Source of the DNA: a virus
Lineage: Duplodnaviria; Caudoviricetes
DNA length: 64,000 bases
IMG/VR virus record: IMGVR_UViG_3300036762_000065
Coordinates: 160,001 to 224,000 of that record
Reading direction: 5' to 3' (one strand)
In this document: positions 15,921 through 26,799 of the stretch, one piece after another
How positions within the stretch are numbered: position 1 is the first letter of the stretch
Layout of the letters: the number at the start of each line of letters is the position of its first letter
Program-made: the position numbers and the translations under genes
Notes under the pieces: generated by a model
Databases searched by the model: none
What the model was told of the DNA's origin: nothing
The model's input: only the letters and a program-made list of their open reading frames with translations

Positions 15921-17434
15921 TATACATACACCTCCTGAATTAGGATAGAATTGGACTTACTGATTGCTCCACCCCATCCGCCTTGTGTTGTACGCGCACA
16001 TATCCAATAATCATTATTAGGACCTGAGAACGATCCGCATCTAATGGAATAGGTATGTGACGCTGTGTCTCCTGGAGCGTCCAAAATATCTGCTACCAAT
16101 GACGCATTCTTTATTGGATCGGAGCTCTCTCTTGAACTATATATAGAGCCGCCTATTAGTAAACTATCTCTAAACACTGCGTAACCAAAGCCGGATTGCT
16201 TTTTCTCGTAAGAAGCCATGTGTAAGGTAATTTGCAATCTCAGCTTACTATCGGCTTTTTCTAGTGCAATATTTTTAGAGTAGACTTCTGTACCGTTTGA
16301 TATTGTAGGAGGTGTATCATCAGGTAAATAAGAAGTTCCCCAACGTTCTGCAATATTCTCAATACTAAAATTAGATGTACTAAGGCCCTCTTTACCACCA
16401 CTAGACTCTTTGTTTTTCCAAACACCAGACTCTAGTGTAAGTACATCGCCTTCTTGGGAGTTTGTCAGTGTTACATCAGACAAACCGTTTAACGTAGTTA
16501 TACCGCTACTTGGTCCAGTAGGTCCTATGTCACCTTTCGGTCCTTGAGGACCTGTTGGGCCTGTAATAGATGTACCGTCGTTGCCTTGTGGACCTGTAGG
16601 CCCGATAGCTCCAGTAGGTCCGGGTAATCCCACAGGCCCTATAATACCTTTAGTAACAAACCACGCACTGACTTGTGCTCCTGAAGCACCACCTCCGCTA
16701 CTGACAGTACGGAAATTTAATAAGCTCCCTGCACTAACAACAAGCTTGTTTATATCGTCTTGCGGAAAAGTCTGAATACCGTTACCGGAAGAAGCAACAA
16801 CAGACTTAGAAACAGGAGAAGTGTTTATAAGTAACTCTACTTCGGGGTTTCCGAAGTTAGTGCTTAAGGTCATTGCGTATAAGACACAATCTATAGGAAC
16901 GTATATACCTTGTGCGGCAGGAGCCTTGTCAGATGCACCAAACGACCACTGCATTGCGTTAGCGGAAAGAGCACCTGAACACTCAGCAACAACATTAAAG
17001 AAGCCTCCGCCTCCGGCATCTGCGAAAGTGATGTTTCCTACACCATCGGTTATCATAACCTGTCCACTTTGTCCATCACTAGGAGGCAAAGTAAGTCCTT
17101 GTATCTTGACAGTACCTGTTTCTTTGTTTGTTTCTAATATGGTAGTGCCTTCTGCATTCTTCGCTATAACATTATTCGTAACGACACTAGAAGCTCTTAA
17201 AAATCTACCGCTTAAAAAATCTACTGCATCTGTGCTACTTAAATCAGCCGTACCATCATTTAAAACAATTGAACCTGAATTTAGAGCAGTTATTAAGTCT
17301 GCGCTGCGAGCCAGTAACGATAGAGGTAGATGGTCAAACGATTCCGTTGTATTAGCAGGAATAGAATCTCCAAAAGAAAATTCGAGTTTGGTTTCTGTTA
17401 TATTTTTTAGATTAATAGACATTACGCTCTCCAC
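15920..17434 (-). CDS. Tail fibre-like protein with collagen-like repeats
   Basis: GPTGPQG repeats; LPPSDG..GQV..TDG.G and LNGLSDV fibre motifs. Confidence 0.8.
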   Translation of the reverse strand: MESVMSINLKNITETKLEFSFGDSIPANTTESFDHLPLSLLARSADLITALNSGSIVLNDGTADLSSTDAVDFLSGRFLRASSVVTNNVIAKNAEGTTILETNKETGTVKIQGLTLPPSDGQSGQVMITDGVGNITFADAGGGGFFNVVAECSGALSANAMQWSFGASDKAPAAQGIYVPIDCVLYAMTLSTNFGNPEVELLINTSPVSKSVVASSGNGIQTFPQDDINKLVVSAGSLLNFRTVSSGGGASGAQVSAWFVTKGIIGPVGLPGPTGAIGPTGPQGNDGTSITGPTGPQGPKGDIGPTGPSSGITTLNGLSDVTLTNSQEGDVLTLESGVWKNKESSGGKEGLSTSNFSIENIAERWGTSYLPDDTPPTISNGTEVYSKNIALEKADSKLRLQITLHMASYEKKQSGFGYAVFRDSLLIGGSIYSSRESSDPIKNASLVADILDAPGDTASHTYSIRCGSFSGPNNDYWICARTTQGGWGGAISKSNSILIQEVYV

Positions 17435-18054
17435 CTAACCATCAAACAAACAGTAACTTCTGCCATATTAGAATTACCTATAGTGCGGCGGCCGCGTGTT
17501 TGTAGTAAGTCACCTTCATTAAAATCTAAATCTAAGTTAACATTATATACTTGTACAGGATTGTTAGAGCCTACTGCAACCATAGATACGAGATTTTGAT
17601 GCTGTACATTGTCTATATAACAATCTACTTCTATTGTTGTAGCATCGCCTCCATTCTGTGCTTGTGCTGTTATACCTACAATTGTTCCGCCATACGGAGC
17701 AATGTATCCTGCTGCTGCCCCTACGTTAGAGCCTACTCCAAACCAAGTATCGCTTTTTGCTTGTATATGATTGTAAGTGTACGGAAATACAGTACCGCTG
17801 AGTGTTTTTCCGCGAGTAGGGTCTTCATACATAGGCATTGTTTGGCTTGAACCGCCTACATTAACCAGAGAGGCTACGCCTACAGACTGCCACTCAGTAT
17901 TTATAAATAAGTACAGACCGTCTTCAATAGTCGCGTGACCTTTAAGTACAAACAACTCTCCTTCTTGAGGAATAGGAAACACGCTGCCCATAGGGCAACC
18001 TAGGTTTTCTATACTACTGCCATCAACTAGAGTAAGCTTGCCGTTAACTTTCAT
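17422..18054 (-). CDS. Putative structural/fibre-associated protein
   Basis: C-terminal domain resembles the middle domain of 15920-17434. Confidence 0.6.
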   Translation of the reverse strand: MKVNGKLTLVDGSSIENLGCPMGSVFPIPQEGELFVLKGHATIEDGLYLFINTEWQSVGVASLVNVGGSSQTMPMYEDPTRGKTLSGTVFPYTYNHIQAKSDTWFGVGSNVGAAAGYIAPYGGTIVGITAQAQNGGDATTIEVDCYIDNVQHQNLVSMVAVGSNNPVQVYNVNLDLDFNEGDLLQTRGRRTIGNSNMAEVTVCLMVRWRA

Positions 18055-18335
18055 TTCCTCACTCTCCTTATCCGCGAACGCTTAGGTGCAGGCTCGCGTT
18101 CCATACGTCCTAGCCAGTTTGTTTTAGTAACTTTTATATCTACTTCATCAGGGTCGATTGTAGAACGTTCTGGAACTTTCTCCCTACGTCTGAGTTTCTT
18201 ACGGCCTTTCTTACGCTGTCTAAACTGTTCTGTAGTTTCTGTATAGGCACCATCCTCATCCGCGTACCTAGGCAATCTAGCACCGGCGTGTTTGTCTATA
18301 TGGGACCTAGATACACTAATAAGAATCTTTATCAC
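18051..18335 (-). CDS. Small basic protein
   Basis: Arg/Lys-rich; N-terminus MIKILISVS. Confidence 0.6.
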   Translation of the reverse strand: MIKILISVSRSHIDKHAGARLPRYADEDGAYTETTEQFRQRKKGRKKLRRREKVPERSTIDPDEVDIKVTKTNWLGRMEREPAPKRSRIRRVRK

Positions 18336-18344
18336 AGTAAGCCT

Positions 18345-21125
18345 CTACTTAGACTGAACAAGATATGTTTTATTGCCTAAAGAACTAAAATCAGTTCTAT
18401 ATACATACCAGTCTTGGGTAATGTTGTCTACTGTCATGCTTATAGTAACAGGCCCTATTTCTTGCCCGATGTTACCGTCGTTTGGCCATGAAGCACCGTC
18501 CCAAGCACCTTCGTAGTAATTACTCTTATCCGTAAACTTGACTTGGCCTTGAGCAACAGGTATAGCAAAGTATGCGTAATTACCAGCAGTAATTGTTACA
18601 CCTAGGCTAATTCCATTAACAGGCATGAGCGTAGTGTTGGTAAGTACTGTAAGTGCTTGAGTTCCGTCAAATCCTGTAACTAGATTACCAACACCGTGCC
18701 TAACATTTTGTATTTTATTAACTACTTTTACTTCGATGTTTAAATTTTCGGTACTAACCAAGTCAACAAAACTACCCAGAGCCAGTATTGTAAGTCCGTC
18801 AGAAGTAATATCACAATATCTTGCAAAACTGTCTTGTAATGCAGGTGCGCTTGATGGAGTTTTTATAGAGCTTGCTACTTGCCACACGTTATTTATTTTC
18901 TTTATAACGTACACATCACCATCACCATCATCACCTCTAATAGAAGAAGTTACAATAGTATTATCCTGCGATATACTTAAACTAAATCTAAAACCAAATC
19001 GAGCTCCTGCGAAAGGATCTGGATTATCTATCTCCGCAGCATTATTCCAAAATGTATGATCGTTAGTTGTGTATATAAATATAGAACCGCAATTTACAAA
19101 ACTTCCTACCTGTTTTCCAGATGCCCCTACACACAATAACTTACCATCGTAGTTTAGTCCTGTGGAATAACCAAACTTATCTATAAATTGCACAGGAGTA
19201 ATAGTTGCAGTTCGAAGCCAAGAGCTAATTTTCTTATATATACGAACTCTCTGGTCTGACAGGTTAGAACTAACTGCAATTACCTTACCGTCACCGGACA
19301 TAGATACAGAATACCCGACATTCGCATTAAGTATAGGAGCTTCTGACGCCTCTAAAAGACCTGTATTAATCCAAGAGCCTGAAAATTCAAACACATAAGC
19401 AGCACCTGAGTTTGAAACCTCGTCCTTATCTTTATACACAGCACCGGACACGAATGAGTTACCTGAGGCTGAGCAGGCTACGCTATAGCCTAGTCTATCT
19501 GCTCCTGCGGTGTTAGCCACTCCTACCTTTGTCATAGTGTAGTTTTCTGCAGCCAAGTCTATAACATACACAACGCCGCTGGCGGCTCCATTACCGTCTA
19601 AGTTATCTCCGTGAGCGCCTACAAAGATTCTCGATCCGTTTGCGTTTATAGCAACAGAAGCTCCGAATCTAGGGTTAGTTCCAGAAACGGTTGGAGCGAA
19701 CTGTATTAAATGCTTCTCTTTAAAGAATCCGTTTTCTTTTACAAAAATATATAACGCTCCGGAATGTCCGGTATCAGGTACTTGAGAAGCCGGAGCACAT
19801 ACGGCTATAGTATTTCCGTCATCTGATATACAACCTAACTCACCAAATGTAGAATCTTGTGTAAGTATAGAAGGTACCAACATTGTACTTTGAATCCACT
19901 CTAGGGTTTCCGCACTATAATTGAATACAAACCCGGCACCTACATTTGATACATTAGGGACAGACACATTACGTACAACAATGTAAGCATCGTCTTTCAA
20001 GTTTTCAGGACCAGTTGTTAGTTTATTAAGAACGAGTCCATTGCCTATTTCGTCTTGACCGCCAGGTCCGTTGTTTGCGCTAATAGGACCGTATACAGAA
20101 ACATTATCTTGATAAATCTCATACTCTACATTCTGGTGACCGTCAGCAATAACACGGAATTCATGTTCTCTATTGTCAGACAAATCAAACTTGAAAGCAG
20201 CAAATTTACTTTCAGACAACGTAAAATCAAGAGGAGTATTAATAACTATGTCTGTCGGACTTGCCAGTGCAGTCAATGCATCGTCTTGGCCTGTTACTAA
20301 TGCCGAGAAAGCTTCTGTAACAACGTTGACACTAAAATCGGTTATTGTACTTGCAGAAGCCTCTGTATCGTTAACGAGTAGGTAGTGGAAATTATCTCTT
20401 GAAGCGTGTCGGAAGTTTATCTCATCTGTTCCATTCGGCCCATTGTTTGAATCTATAATACCAGTTACAGGTAATAAACTACTACCGTATAGACGTAATG
20501 TAACTGCGCCTGTTCCTATAGCATTATGTATGTGATCCCTACCGCTTTTAGGCATATATTTAAACGCAAGATACTGCTGGCCCTGCATCTTAGCAACATA
20601 CGCAGGGCCGTCTGGTACTATAGTAATAGCATTGGCAATCGCTGTAGTTATGTCAGCATAGCCGATGCCCGGGTCAGGGTCTGCTTCTTGTCTTAGGCTT
20701 ACAGGAGTACCGTCAAAGTTTATACGATAGGTCTTTGTACCGAGCGAACTAAAATCAGTTCTATATACATACCAATCGCGAGTATCTCCGTCAAACGTTA
20801 ATGATACTGTAATAGGACCTGTTGTCTGTGCTGTAGTACCATTTGTTGGCCATGTAGCACCGTCCCAACCGCCTTGAAGGCCAGTACTCGTGTCAGTGAA
20901 GCTGATAGCTCCGTTCTCAACAGGAGTAGCAAAATACATATAACTAGAATTGTCATCGTTTATAGTAAACGTAGAGCCTGACACACTCTTTGTCATTGTA
21001 TTGGCAAGTAGGTTTATATAGTCGTTATTGTTAGGACTTCCTGGTAATATACCAGCTCCGAACCTAGGGTAAGGAATAGCAGGAATAGGTGCTCTTTTAT
21101 AAACCGGTGTTAGAAAAATAGTCAT
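18345..21125 (-). CDS. FG-GAP-repeat beta-propeller structural/adhesin protein
   Basis: Repeated FG.SVA.S.DG..I.VGA...GA.YIF units; duplicated terminal domain WDGA.WP...WYVYRTDFSSLG.KTY. Confidence 0.8.
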   Translation of the reverse strand: MTIFLTPVYKRAPIPAIPYPRFGAGILPGSPNNNDYINLLANTMTKSVSGSTFTINDDNSSYMYFATPVENGAISFTDTSTGLQGGWDGATWPTNGTTAQTTGPITVSLTFDGDTRDWYVYRTDFSSLGTKTYRINFDGTPVSLRQEADPDPGIGYADITTAIANAITIVPDGPAYVAKMQGQQYLAFKYMPKSGRDHIHNAIGTGAVTLRLYGSSLLPVTGIIDSNNGPNGTDEINFRHASRDNFHYLLVNDTEASASTITDFSVNVVTEAFSALVTGQDDALTALASPTDIVINTPLDFTLSESKFAAFKFDLSDNREHEFRVIADGHQNVEYEIYQDNVSVYGPISANNGPGGQDEIGNGLVLNKLTTGPENLKDDAYIVVRNVSVPNVSNVGAGFVFNYSAETLEWIQSTMLVPSILTQDSTFGELGCISDDGNTIAVCAPASQVPDTGHSGALYIFVKENGFFKEKHLIQFAPTVSGTNPRFGASVAINANGSRIFVGAHGDNLDGNGAASGVVYVIDLAAENYTMTKVGVANTAGADRLGYSVACSASGNSFVSGAVYKDKDEVSNSGAAYVFEFSGSWINTGLLEASEAPILNANVGYSVSMSGDGKVIAVSSNLSDQRVRIYKKISSWLRTATITPVQFIDKFGYSTGLNYDGKLLCVGASGKQVGSFVNCGSIFIYTTNDHTFWNNAAEIDNPDPFAGARFGFRFSLSISQDNTIVTSSIRGDDGDGDVYVIKKINNVWQVASSIKTPSSAPALQDSFARYCDITSDGLTILALGSFVDLVSTENLNIEVKVVNKIQNVRHGVGNLVTGFDGTQALTVLTNTTLMPVNGISLGVTITAGNYAYFAIPVAQGQVKFTDKSNYYEGAWDGASWPNDGNIGQEIGPVTISMTVDNITQDWYVYRTDFSSLGNKTYLVQSK

Positions 21126-21134
21126 TGCTCTTCC

Positions 21135-21317
21135 TCATGCGTTAGGAGACTTGTTGTTAGTGGTATCTGTGTCCATCTCAACACCTTCCTCTTCATCGTC
21201 ATCCACAACATCGTCTTTCGGTTTCTTAGTGCGGTTAAACTCTATAACTCCTAGTTGATCAAACTTTAAATCGGTTTCGTGCTTTGTGCTCGCTATAGCT
21301 ATTTGTATGGGTATCAT
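21135..21317 (-). CDS. Small hypothetical protein
   Basis: AAGGAG RBS; starts MIPIQIAIAS. Confidence 0.5.
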   Translation of the reverse strand: MIPIQIAIASTKHETDLKFDQLGVIEFNRTKKPKDDVVDDDEEEGVEMDTDTTNNKSPNA

Positions 21318-21320
21318 AAA

Positions 21321-23048
21321 CTATCTCCTTACGTTCTTAGCTATTTTAATTGCATTTAAAAATTTAGCATCTAGCCTAGCACCTATTTTATTAGCAAAGT
21401 TCTCTACTAGAAAAGGATCAATGTAATTCTGAATAGCGGTTGTAGGTGTGATATTACCGTTAGACGTATGGCCTAACTGACCTCCAACCTTCTTAGCTTG
21501 TTCGATCAACCAGTCGTTAACTTGCTTATCGTTCCATTCACCGCCTTTTGTATACGGGCAATTTTTTATTGCTTCGACAAACATACCTGTAGCTTTTGCA
21601 GTTCTCAAGTTCTTTGTCTTGATGTTTGCAGGGAATCCTTTGCTTGTCATGTATTTTTTCAGGGCTGCGCTAGTTAAAGGAGCTCCTAGATAATCAAACA
21701 GTATGTCTTCTTTGCCTTTACCTTCTACAAGTGTACGTATAGCATTACCAAACTTCTTATTTCTAATAGTATTAAACTTAATAGTGTAGTCGGTATTTTC
21801 AGTAGACTTACCTCCGGTGTAGCGTATATGCACAGAATGGTCATCTAGTTTTATAACATGCTTGACCCTAAGTGAGGTTGCGCCGAACGTAGCACTACCC
21901 TTTGTAGCTTGCCCTTCTGCTCCCGGACGTGCTCCTGTCTGATACACAAACTCTAGTAATGTAGCCAATACGTTATCTTTAGTGTACGCTTTAGGTAACT
22001 TGCCTACATCAACTATCCACTTGTTAGACAGTGCTTTTAGTTTAGGCAGTATATTATTGACTGTTTTAAAATTCTTCTGTTTGTTGGCAGAGACTCGCTT
22101 GGTAGAGTATGCGCGTAAAAATACCTTACCTCCTATTGCTTTAAAACTACATACATAAGCATTATCTTTCTTAGGGTCATATGAAGGATTCATTACGACC
22201 TCGCCTGTAGGAGCTTGCTTTAACTCAAGTCCTGCAGTTGTATAAAACTTACCTTGATCGTCAATATTTCCTACAAAACCTAAAGGTAATGTGTGCGGAA
22301 TAGAGTGCTCTTTAGCTGCACGTACAACCTCGTGAATAGGAAGATATGGCTTGCCGCTTTGACGTATAAAGCTTTCAAGAAATGTTTTAAAGTTTGCACG
22401 TAACTCTCGGTTAAGCTTCAAATACTCAACATGCTCTGGTAACTTGACGCCTTTCTTCTTTGCAATTTCCTGCCACTCACTCAGTTTATTAGCAGGCATT
22501 TGAATGCCGCCTACTTTACCGTGCTTTAACACAAGTGCTTCTACAGATTTCTGTATGTTGGAAACGTCTGGGATTTCCTCAATAAACATGTCTGTAATAT
22601 CAGGCTCTCTAAACATAGAAGAGACTGTTCTCTTTATGTAGTTTAAAGCACTGGCGGATTGTCTTTGGCTATAAAGTCTAATGTTGTGGAACATTTTCAA
22701 TTGTTGCTCATCAACATCCAATTCCGATTTCAGCAATACTTTATTTGTATTAAACGACTCTATTAAACTAGATACCGCATTATCAAACGCCTTATTGTTT
22801 TCGTTTGTGTTTGCTAGAATATGCTTAACTGCAATAGTTGCTTCCTTTTTCCCAAACTTAAAGCGTTTAAAAAATTCTTCACTGTCTGCTAACCACGTGC
22901 TCGCCTTACGTTTGGTATCAGCATCATAGTCATATTCATAACTCATGACCAGTAGTATGGCTAATTTAAGGAAAGCATCCGTTGTACCTTGAGACACCGC
23001 ACTTAGCGAAGTCCAATCTATATTTTCTAATTTACGTACTGTTATCAT
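21321..23048 (-). CDS. DNA topoisomerase IB with long N-terminal extension
   Basis: TGARPG, FGATSL..KHV, GGKS, KNLRT, QLGH and NYIDP give the R/K/R/H/Y catalytic pentad in order. Confidence 0.85.
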   Translation of the reverse strand: MITVRKLENIDWTSLSAVSQGTTDAFLKLAILLVMSYEYDYDADTKRKASTWLADSEEFFKRFKFGKKEATIAVKHILANTNENNKAFDNAVSSLIESFNTNKVLLKSELDVDEQQLKMFHNIRLYSQRQSASALNYIKRTVSSMFREPDITDMFIEEIPDVSNIQKSVEALVLKHGKVGGIQMPANKLSEWQEIAKKKGVKLPEHVEYLKLNRELRANFKTFLESFIRQSGKPYLPIHEVVRAAKEHSIPHTLPLGFVGNIDDQGKFYTTAGLELKQAPTGEVVMNPSYDPKKDNAYVCSFKAIGGKVFLRAYSTKRVSANKQKNFKTVNNILPKLKALSNKWIVDVGKLPKAYTKDNVLATLLEFVYQTGARPGAEGQATKGSATFGATSLRVKHVIKLDDHSVHIRYTGGKSTENTDYTIKFNTIRNKKFGNAIRTLVEGKGKEDILFDYLGAPLTSAALKKYMTSKGFPANIKTKNLRTAKATGMFVEAIKNCPYTKGGEWNDKQVNDWLIEQAKKVGGQLGHTSNGNITPTTAIQNYIDPFLVENFANKIGARLDAKFLNAIKIAKNVRR

Positions 23049-23061
23049 GGTAGCATCCTAT

Positions 23062-23925
23062 TTAAAAAGAACTAACTGGAGTGTCTTTCCATTTTTCTGA
23101 AATGAACTCAAACATGCCGGCAGAATCTAGTTTATTTTTACGCATATACTCTACTAAGCTAGATACGGTCTTGTCAGGCATTGCTTTACTGTTGTGTATC
23201 ATATTATTTAGTTGGATAATGAAGTCGTCTTTTCTAAAAGGACGAGAACGTCTTAGCCAATTTAACCCGTCTCTGGTCAACCTATCTACATTTAGGCTGT
23301 CGTTGTAAATAAGTTCAAGCAAGCCTTTACCTGCTTTCATGGCATGCCTGTAGAAATAACGCTCGCGCTCACTACCTTCTAAATTAACTTCTTTTAAACT
23401 AAGCGAATTACGTTTATCGAGTAGTTGTGCCGACTTATTGTCTCTATACAAGTAAATAGGTATATCCAACTTCTTTGCTAACATAACAAATTTTCTTGTC
23501 ATACTGTTAGCACGCACATTAGGCTTTTCGTCTAATAAAAGATGGATTTCTTTTATATATTGTTTAGCATTAGGGATTTCAGGCTTGTTACTAAGTAGTC
23601 TGTCTTCCATCTCGTAAGCGCCTTTCTTGTGCTTACGGAAATCTTCGCCCCAGTAATCAACAGCTACTATTTTGTACTTATGCCCCAACTTATAGCCGTC
23701 TAACACTAACTGTACACTATTCGCAGACATCTTATTGTAGTTGCCGTGTACACTACGGGCAGTGGAGAAATAATACATGTAGCCCTTATTCAACACAGAA
23801 TCCGACTGAGTGCCTCCTACAGAACTTAATCGCAGCTTATTTGATGCGAGCATAAGATTGGCATTATACATACTTGTGTAGTGGAAAAGTAAATCTGTAC
23901 CGCTAATAGATATTTGTATTTTCAT
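23062..23925 (-). CDS. Hypothetical protein
   Basis: LFHYT, FSTARS, EMEDRL; N-terminus MKIQISIS. Confidence 0.7.
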   Translation of the reverse strand: MKIQISISGTDLLFHYTSMYNANLMLASNKLRLSSVGGTQSDSVLNKGYMYYFSTARSVHGNYNKMSANSVQLVLDGYKLGHKYKIVAVDYWGEDFRKHKKGAYEMEDRLLSNKPEIPNAKQYIKEIHLLLDEKPNVRANSMTRKFVMLAKKLDIPIYLYRDNKSAQLLDKRNSLSLKEVNLEGSERERYFYRHAMKAGKGLLELIYNDSLNVDRLTRDGLNWLRRSRPFRKDDFIIQLNNMIHNSKAMPDKTVSSLVEYMRKNKLDSAGMFEFISEKWKDTPVSSF

Positions 23926-25226
23926 AGCAAGTCCTTAATCTGCAAATAATCAAGTGCATAAGAATCTTCCAAGGTAGCAGCAATCGCGGACGCATCTACT
24001 TCTATACCTATTGTGTTTAAGCGCCTAATGCGTATAGTTTTATTACTGCCAGATGCCTCAAGAACGAAACTATCTCCGTTAGTCAAAACAATATTTTTAT
24101 TACACGAAGCAAGTACGGTATCCTTATCGCTAACATATGTGTATATACAAGAACTTGTTGATAATTTTCCTGAGACAATACAAACAGGATAGTAATCAGG
24201 TACAGTAAGCACCATGTCTTGTTTAATTAGTTTATACTTTCGTCCATTCAACGTAATCCCTACAACATGCATTCGTATAGCGACGTAATGGGATGTAGGA
24301 TTAGTCATTGCTTTGAACTGGCCGAACACCTCAAGAGATTGACTGTCTCGTTGTGCTTGGGTTATGCCGAATGATTCCAAAAACGCTTCTGTACCAACAT
24401 CTAAATATACGTTCCTAGATAGCCGTATAGACATGTGTTGTTTTCGATCTGCATATGTTATGTAATCAGCACGTAATGATCTAAATGGGATATTTTCCTG
24501 CTCTAGGTAATCTGAACTAGGAGTGTACTGATCTGAAACAGAAGTGAACTCACTATTCGGAAGATGTTGTACGTTAGAAACAGACTCGGCGAACTCGGAA
24601 GCCATTTGAATTGTATCTTGTTCGTTTATAGCTCTCCATGTGCCTCTACCTAGTACTACAGGTTCTGTACGTTCACAATAGATTGTATCAACATTTTTCG
24701 AAGGGTCTGTATTTTCAGGAATAATGCTATACTTTATAGTGACTTCTGTTTTATCTTTATTTAAAACTATACTAAGGTCGCTATATTCACTGTAAGCAAC
24801 GTACAATGTGTCTAAATACTGTTCTACAGTTCTAGGTTTATAGTTACAGTCTCCTGGAACAACAGTATGCCCTATTTCAAAACCATACAGTGCTCTATGT
24901 GACCAACCGTACCACTTATTATCAATAACACTCTTACCTATAGAACATGTTTTTGAGTCAGGTGTTCGTAAAATAGGTCTGATACCTTTTTCTTCGCACA
25001 AGTACTTGGCATCATCTACATTGCCTATATAGTCGCCGTTAAGGTTTAAGGCATAAGTCATCTCAAACGCTTCCGTACCGAGTCCGTAAGAACCGGGTGG
25101 AAACACACAAGTCTCAACAGTATATCCGTGTTCTAAATTAGGTACAGTAGAAACAACAAAGGCGTCAGGGTAGACGCTACTTTTCTTTTTGATTTCTATA
25201 TTTATCTTTTCCATCATAAAACTCAT
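23922..25226 (-). CDS. Hypothetical protein
   Basis: 434 aa; CSIG...KWYGWSHRALYGF motif. Confidence 0.75.
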   Translation of the reverse strand: MSFMMEKINIEIKKKSSVYPDAFVVSTVPNLEHGYTVETCVFPPGSYGLGTEAFEMTYALNLNGDYIGNVDDAKYLCEEKGIRPILRTPDSKTCSIGKSVIDNKWYGWSHRALYGFEIGHTVVPGDCNYKPRTVEQYLDTLYVAYSEYSDLSIVLNKDKTEVTIKYSIIPENTDPSKNVDTIYCERTEPVVLGRGTWRAINEQDTIQMASEFAESVSNVQHLPNSEFTSVSDQYTPSSDYLEQENIPFRSLRADYITYADRKQHMSIRLSRNVYLDVGTEAFLESFGITQAQRDSQSLEVFGQFKAMTNPTSHYVAIRMHVVGITLNGRKYKLIKQDMVLTVPDYYPVCIVSGKLSTSSCIYTYVSDKDTVLASCNKNIVLTNGDSFVLEASGSNKTIRIRRLNTIGIEVDASAIAATLEDSYALDYLQIKDLL

Positions 25227-25264
25227 TCTGTCAACACGGATAGAATTGAAATGTTCTGTATTAA

Positions 25265-25735
25265 TTAGGCTGCCATCGGACTTAGTTCGAGTATGTAGCT
25301 CATCCTGTCAAACAAGTTCAAGTACCTTAAGTTCTTTCTGTCCTCCATAGGCACTTCAAAACCTACATAGTGTGTGTCCTGTACATTCCACACTGCCATA
25401 TCTGTAGGCTCGTAAACTCTATTGTTTTCTACACAGAACGAGTGCTCCTCTATTTTCCAAGGCTCTCCTGTTTTAGTTCGAGATATTACGTACCCGACAT
25501 ACAAAAGGGCTGCTGGGTGAGTTTCGCAGTATCGAATAGCATTCTGGTGAGGCGATGAAGGATTACCTGTAGCAACATGCTTACCTAGCTTTATCTCAGG
25601 TAATTTCCGCAAACGTTGTTGCAGATCGCGCCAAAAAGGACGAGCACTAACAACACTGTCTATAATAACAGATGGTAGGTGTGAATAATTAGTGGCTTGT
25701 GCTCTGGCCATACATATATCTATTGCGAACATCAT
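25265..25735 (-). CDS. Hypothetical protein
   Basis: AAGGA RBS; preceded by GTAATTT. Confidence 0.65.
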   Translation of the reverse strand: MMFAIDICMARAQATNYSHLPSVIIDSVVSARPFWRDLQQRLRKLPEIKLGKHVATGNPSSPHQNAIRYCETHPAALLYVGYVISRTKTGEPWKIEEHSFCVENNRVYEPTDMAVWNVQDTHYVGFEVPMEDRKNLRYLNLFDRMSYILELSPMAA

Positions 25736-25786
25736 ATTAATCCTTATTAGATTTATGTGTGTAAATTACAAATCTTATTAGATTGT

Positions 25787-26452
25787 TTAACGTATGTGTA
25801 ATATATCACGAACAATATCAATAGATGTTTTTATCACTTCCTCTACAGGACGATTTGCATCAATGACAATAAACCTATCAGGCTCCCTACTAGCTCTATC
25901 CAAAAGGGTGTCTCTAACTTTAGTAAAATACTGCATACTTCTTTCTTCGAGTCCGTTAACTTCTTCGCCTACAACCATACCTCTAGCTGCCTTTCTTTCT
26001 ATGTAAGTATCTATAGGTATATCATACAAAAGAGTTTTTGTAGGCTTGGGGATAAATCCTGCTTCTGCAACAACATCATGCAGTGCCATTAATCTGTATA
26101 GATCAGTAGTATCGGCAGAACCCGCACTTTGATAAGCAAATGTACTGTCGTAAAATCTGTCGGTCAGTACAACACTTCCTAGTCTTAGTAAAGGAATTAT
26201 CTTATTAACGCAATGATCTATACGTGCTGAATAAAACAATAGTGCTTCGGCCAGTTGTGGAATATAAGCATACTTTGAAGTAGCTTCAAATATAAAACCT
26301 CGCAGGTCTTCTGCGAACGGAGTGCCGCCAGGCTCTCTAGTTTGATGATGTGGTATATCTAAGTCACGCAACATAGAGGTAATCGCGTTTAGGTTTGTTG
26401 TCTTGCCGCTACAATCAACACCTTCTATAGAAAAAAATGTGCCTTTATTCAT
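25787..26452 (-). CDS. tmk: Thymidylate kinase
   Basis: EGVDCSGKTT P-loop, TREPGGT, EALLF..AR, DRF.DST.AYQ and IDAN motifs. Confidence 0.97.
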   Translation of the reverse strand: MNKGTFFSIEGVDCSGKTTNLNAITSMLRDLDIPHHQTREPGGTPFAEDLRGFIFEATSKYAYIPQLAEALLFYSARIDHCVNKIIPLLRLGSVVLTDRFYDSTFAYQSAGSADTTDLYRLMALHDVVAEAGFIPKPTKTLLYDIPIDTYIERKAARGMVVGEEVNGLEERSMQYFTKVRDTLLDRASREPDRFIVIDANRPVEEVIKTSIDIVRDILHIR

Positions 26453-26457
26453 GACTC

Positions 26458-26799
26458 TCAGTCTCTTGTGTTGGGAAATAATGGAGCATAACGGTTTTGT
26501 ATTCCTTGTATATCTTTCAACCTATCTGGAGTAATTAGGTATTCTATCTTCAATTCTCCGAACTCGTTGTATTCCTGCAGTATAACATGCCTACACGCAA
26601 ACAGTTTAAGACACTCAACAGGCTCAATCTCATTCGTAGTATCTTCACACGAAAAATATAAATTTTTCAAGCTTAAATAGATACGTTCTTGACTGTTACA
26701 CTTATCCACTTTTATTGTTTGGGTTATCCAAGAATCTGCACGGCATGACAGCCCAAACAATAAAAGCAAACACGTAAAAAGACGCATCGTAGACCTCAT
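26458..26799 (-). CDS. Secreted hypothetical protein
   Basis: Signal-peptide-like N-terminus. Confidence 0.55.
   Translation of the reverse strand: MRSTMRLFTCLLLLFGLSCRADSWITQTIKVDKCNSQERIYLSLKNLYFSCEDTTNEIEPVECLKLFACRHVILQEYNEFGELKIEYLITPDRLKDIQGIQNRYAPLFPNTRD

Noticed and set aside
21321-23048. Integron integrase serving the attC-like array
   Set aside because: Motif order and spacing fit topoisomerase IB, and no IntI-specific features are seen.
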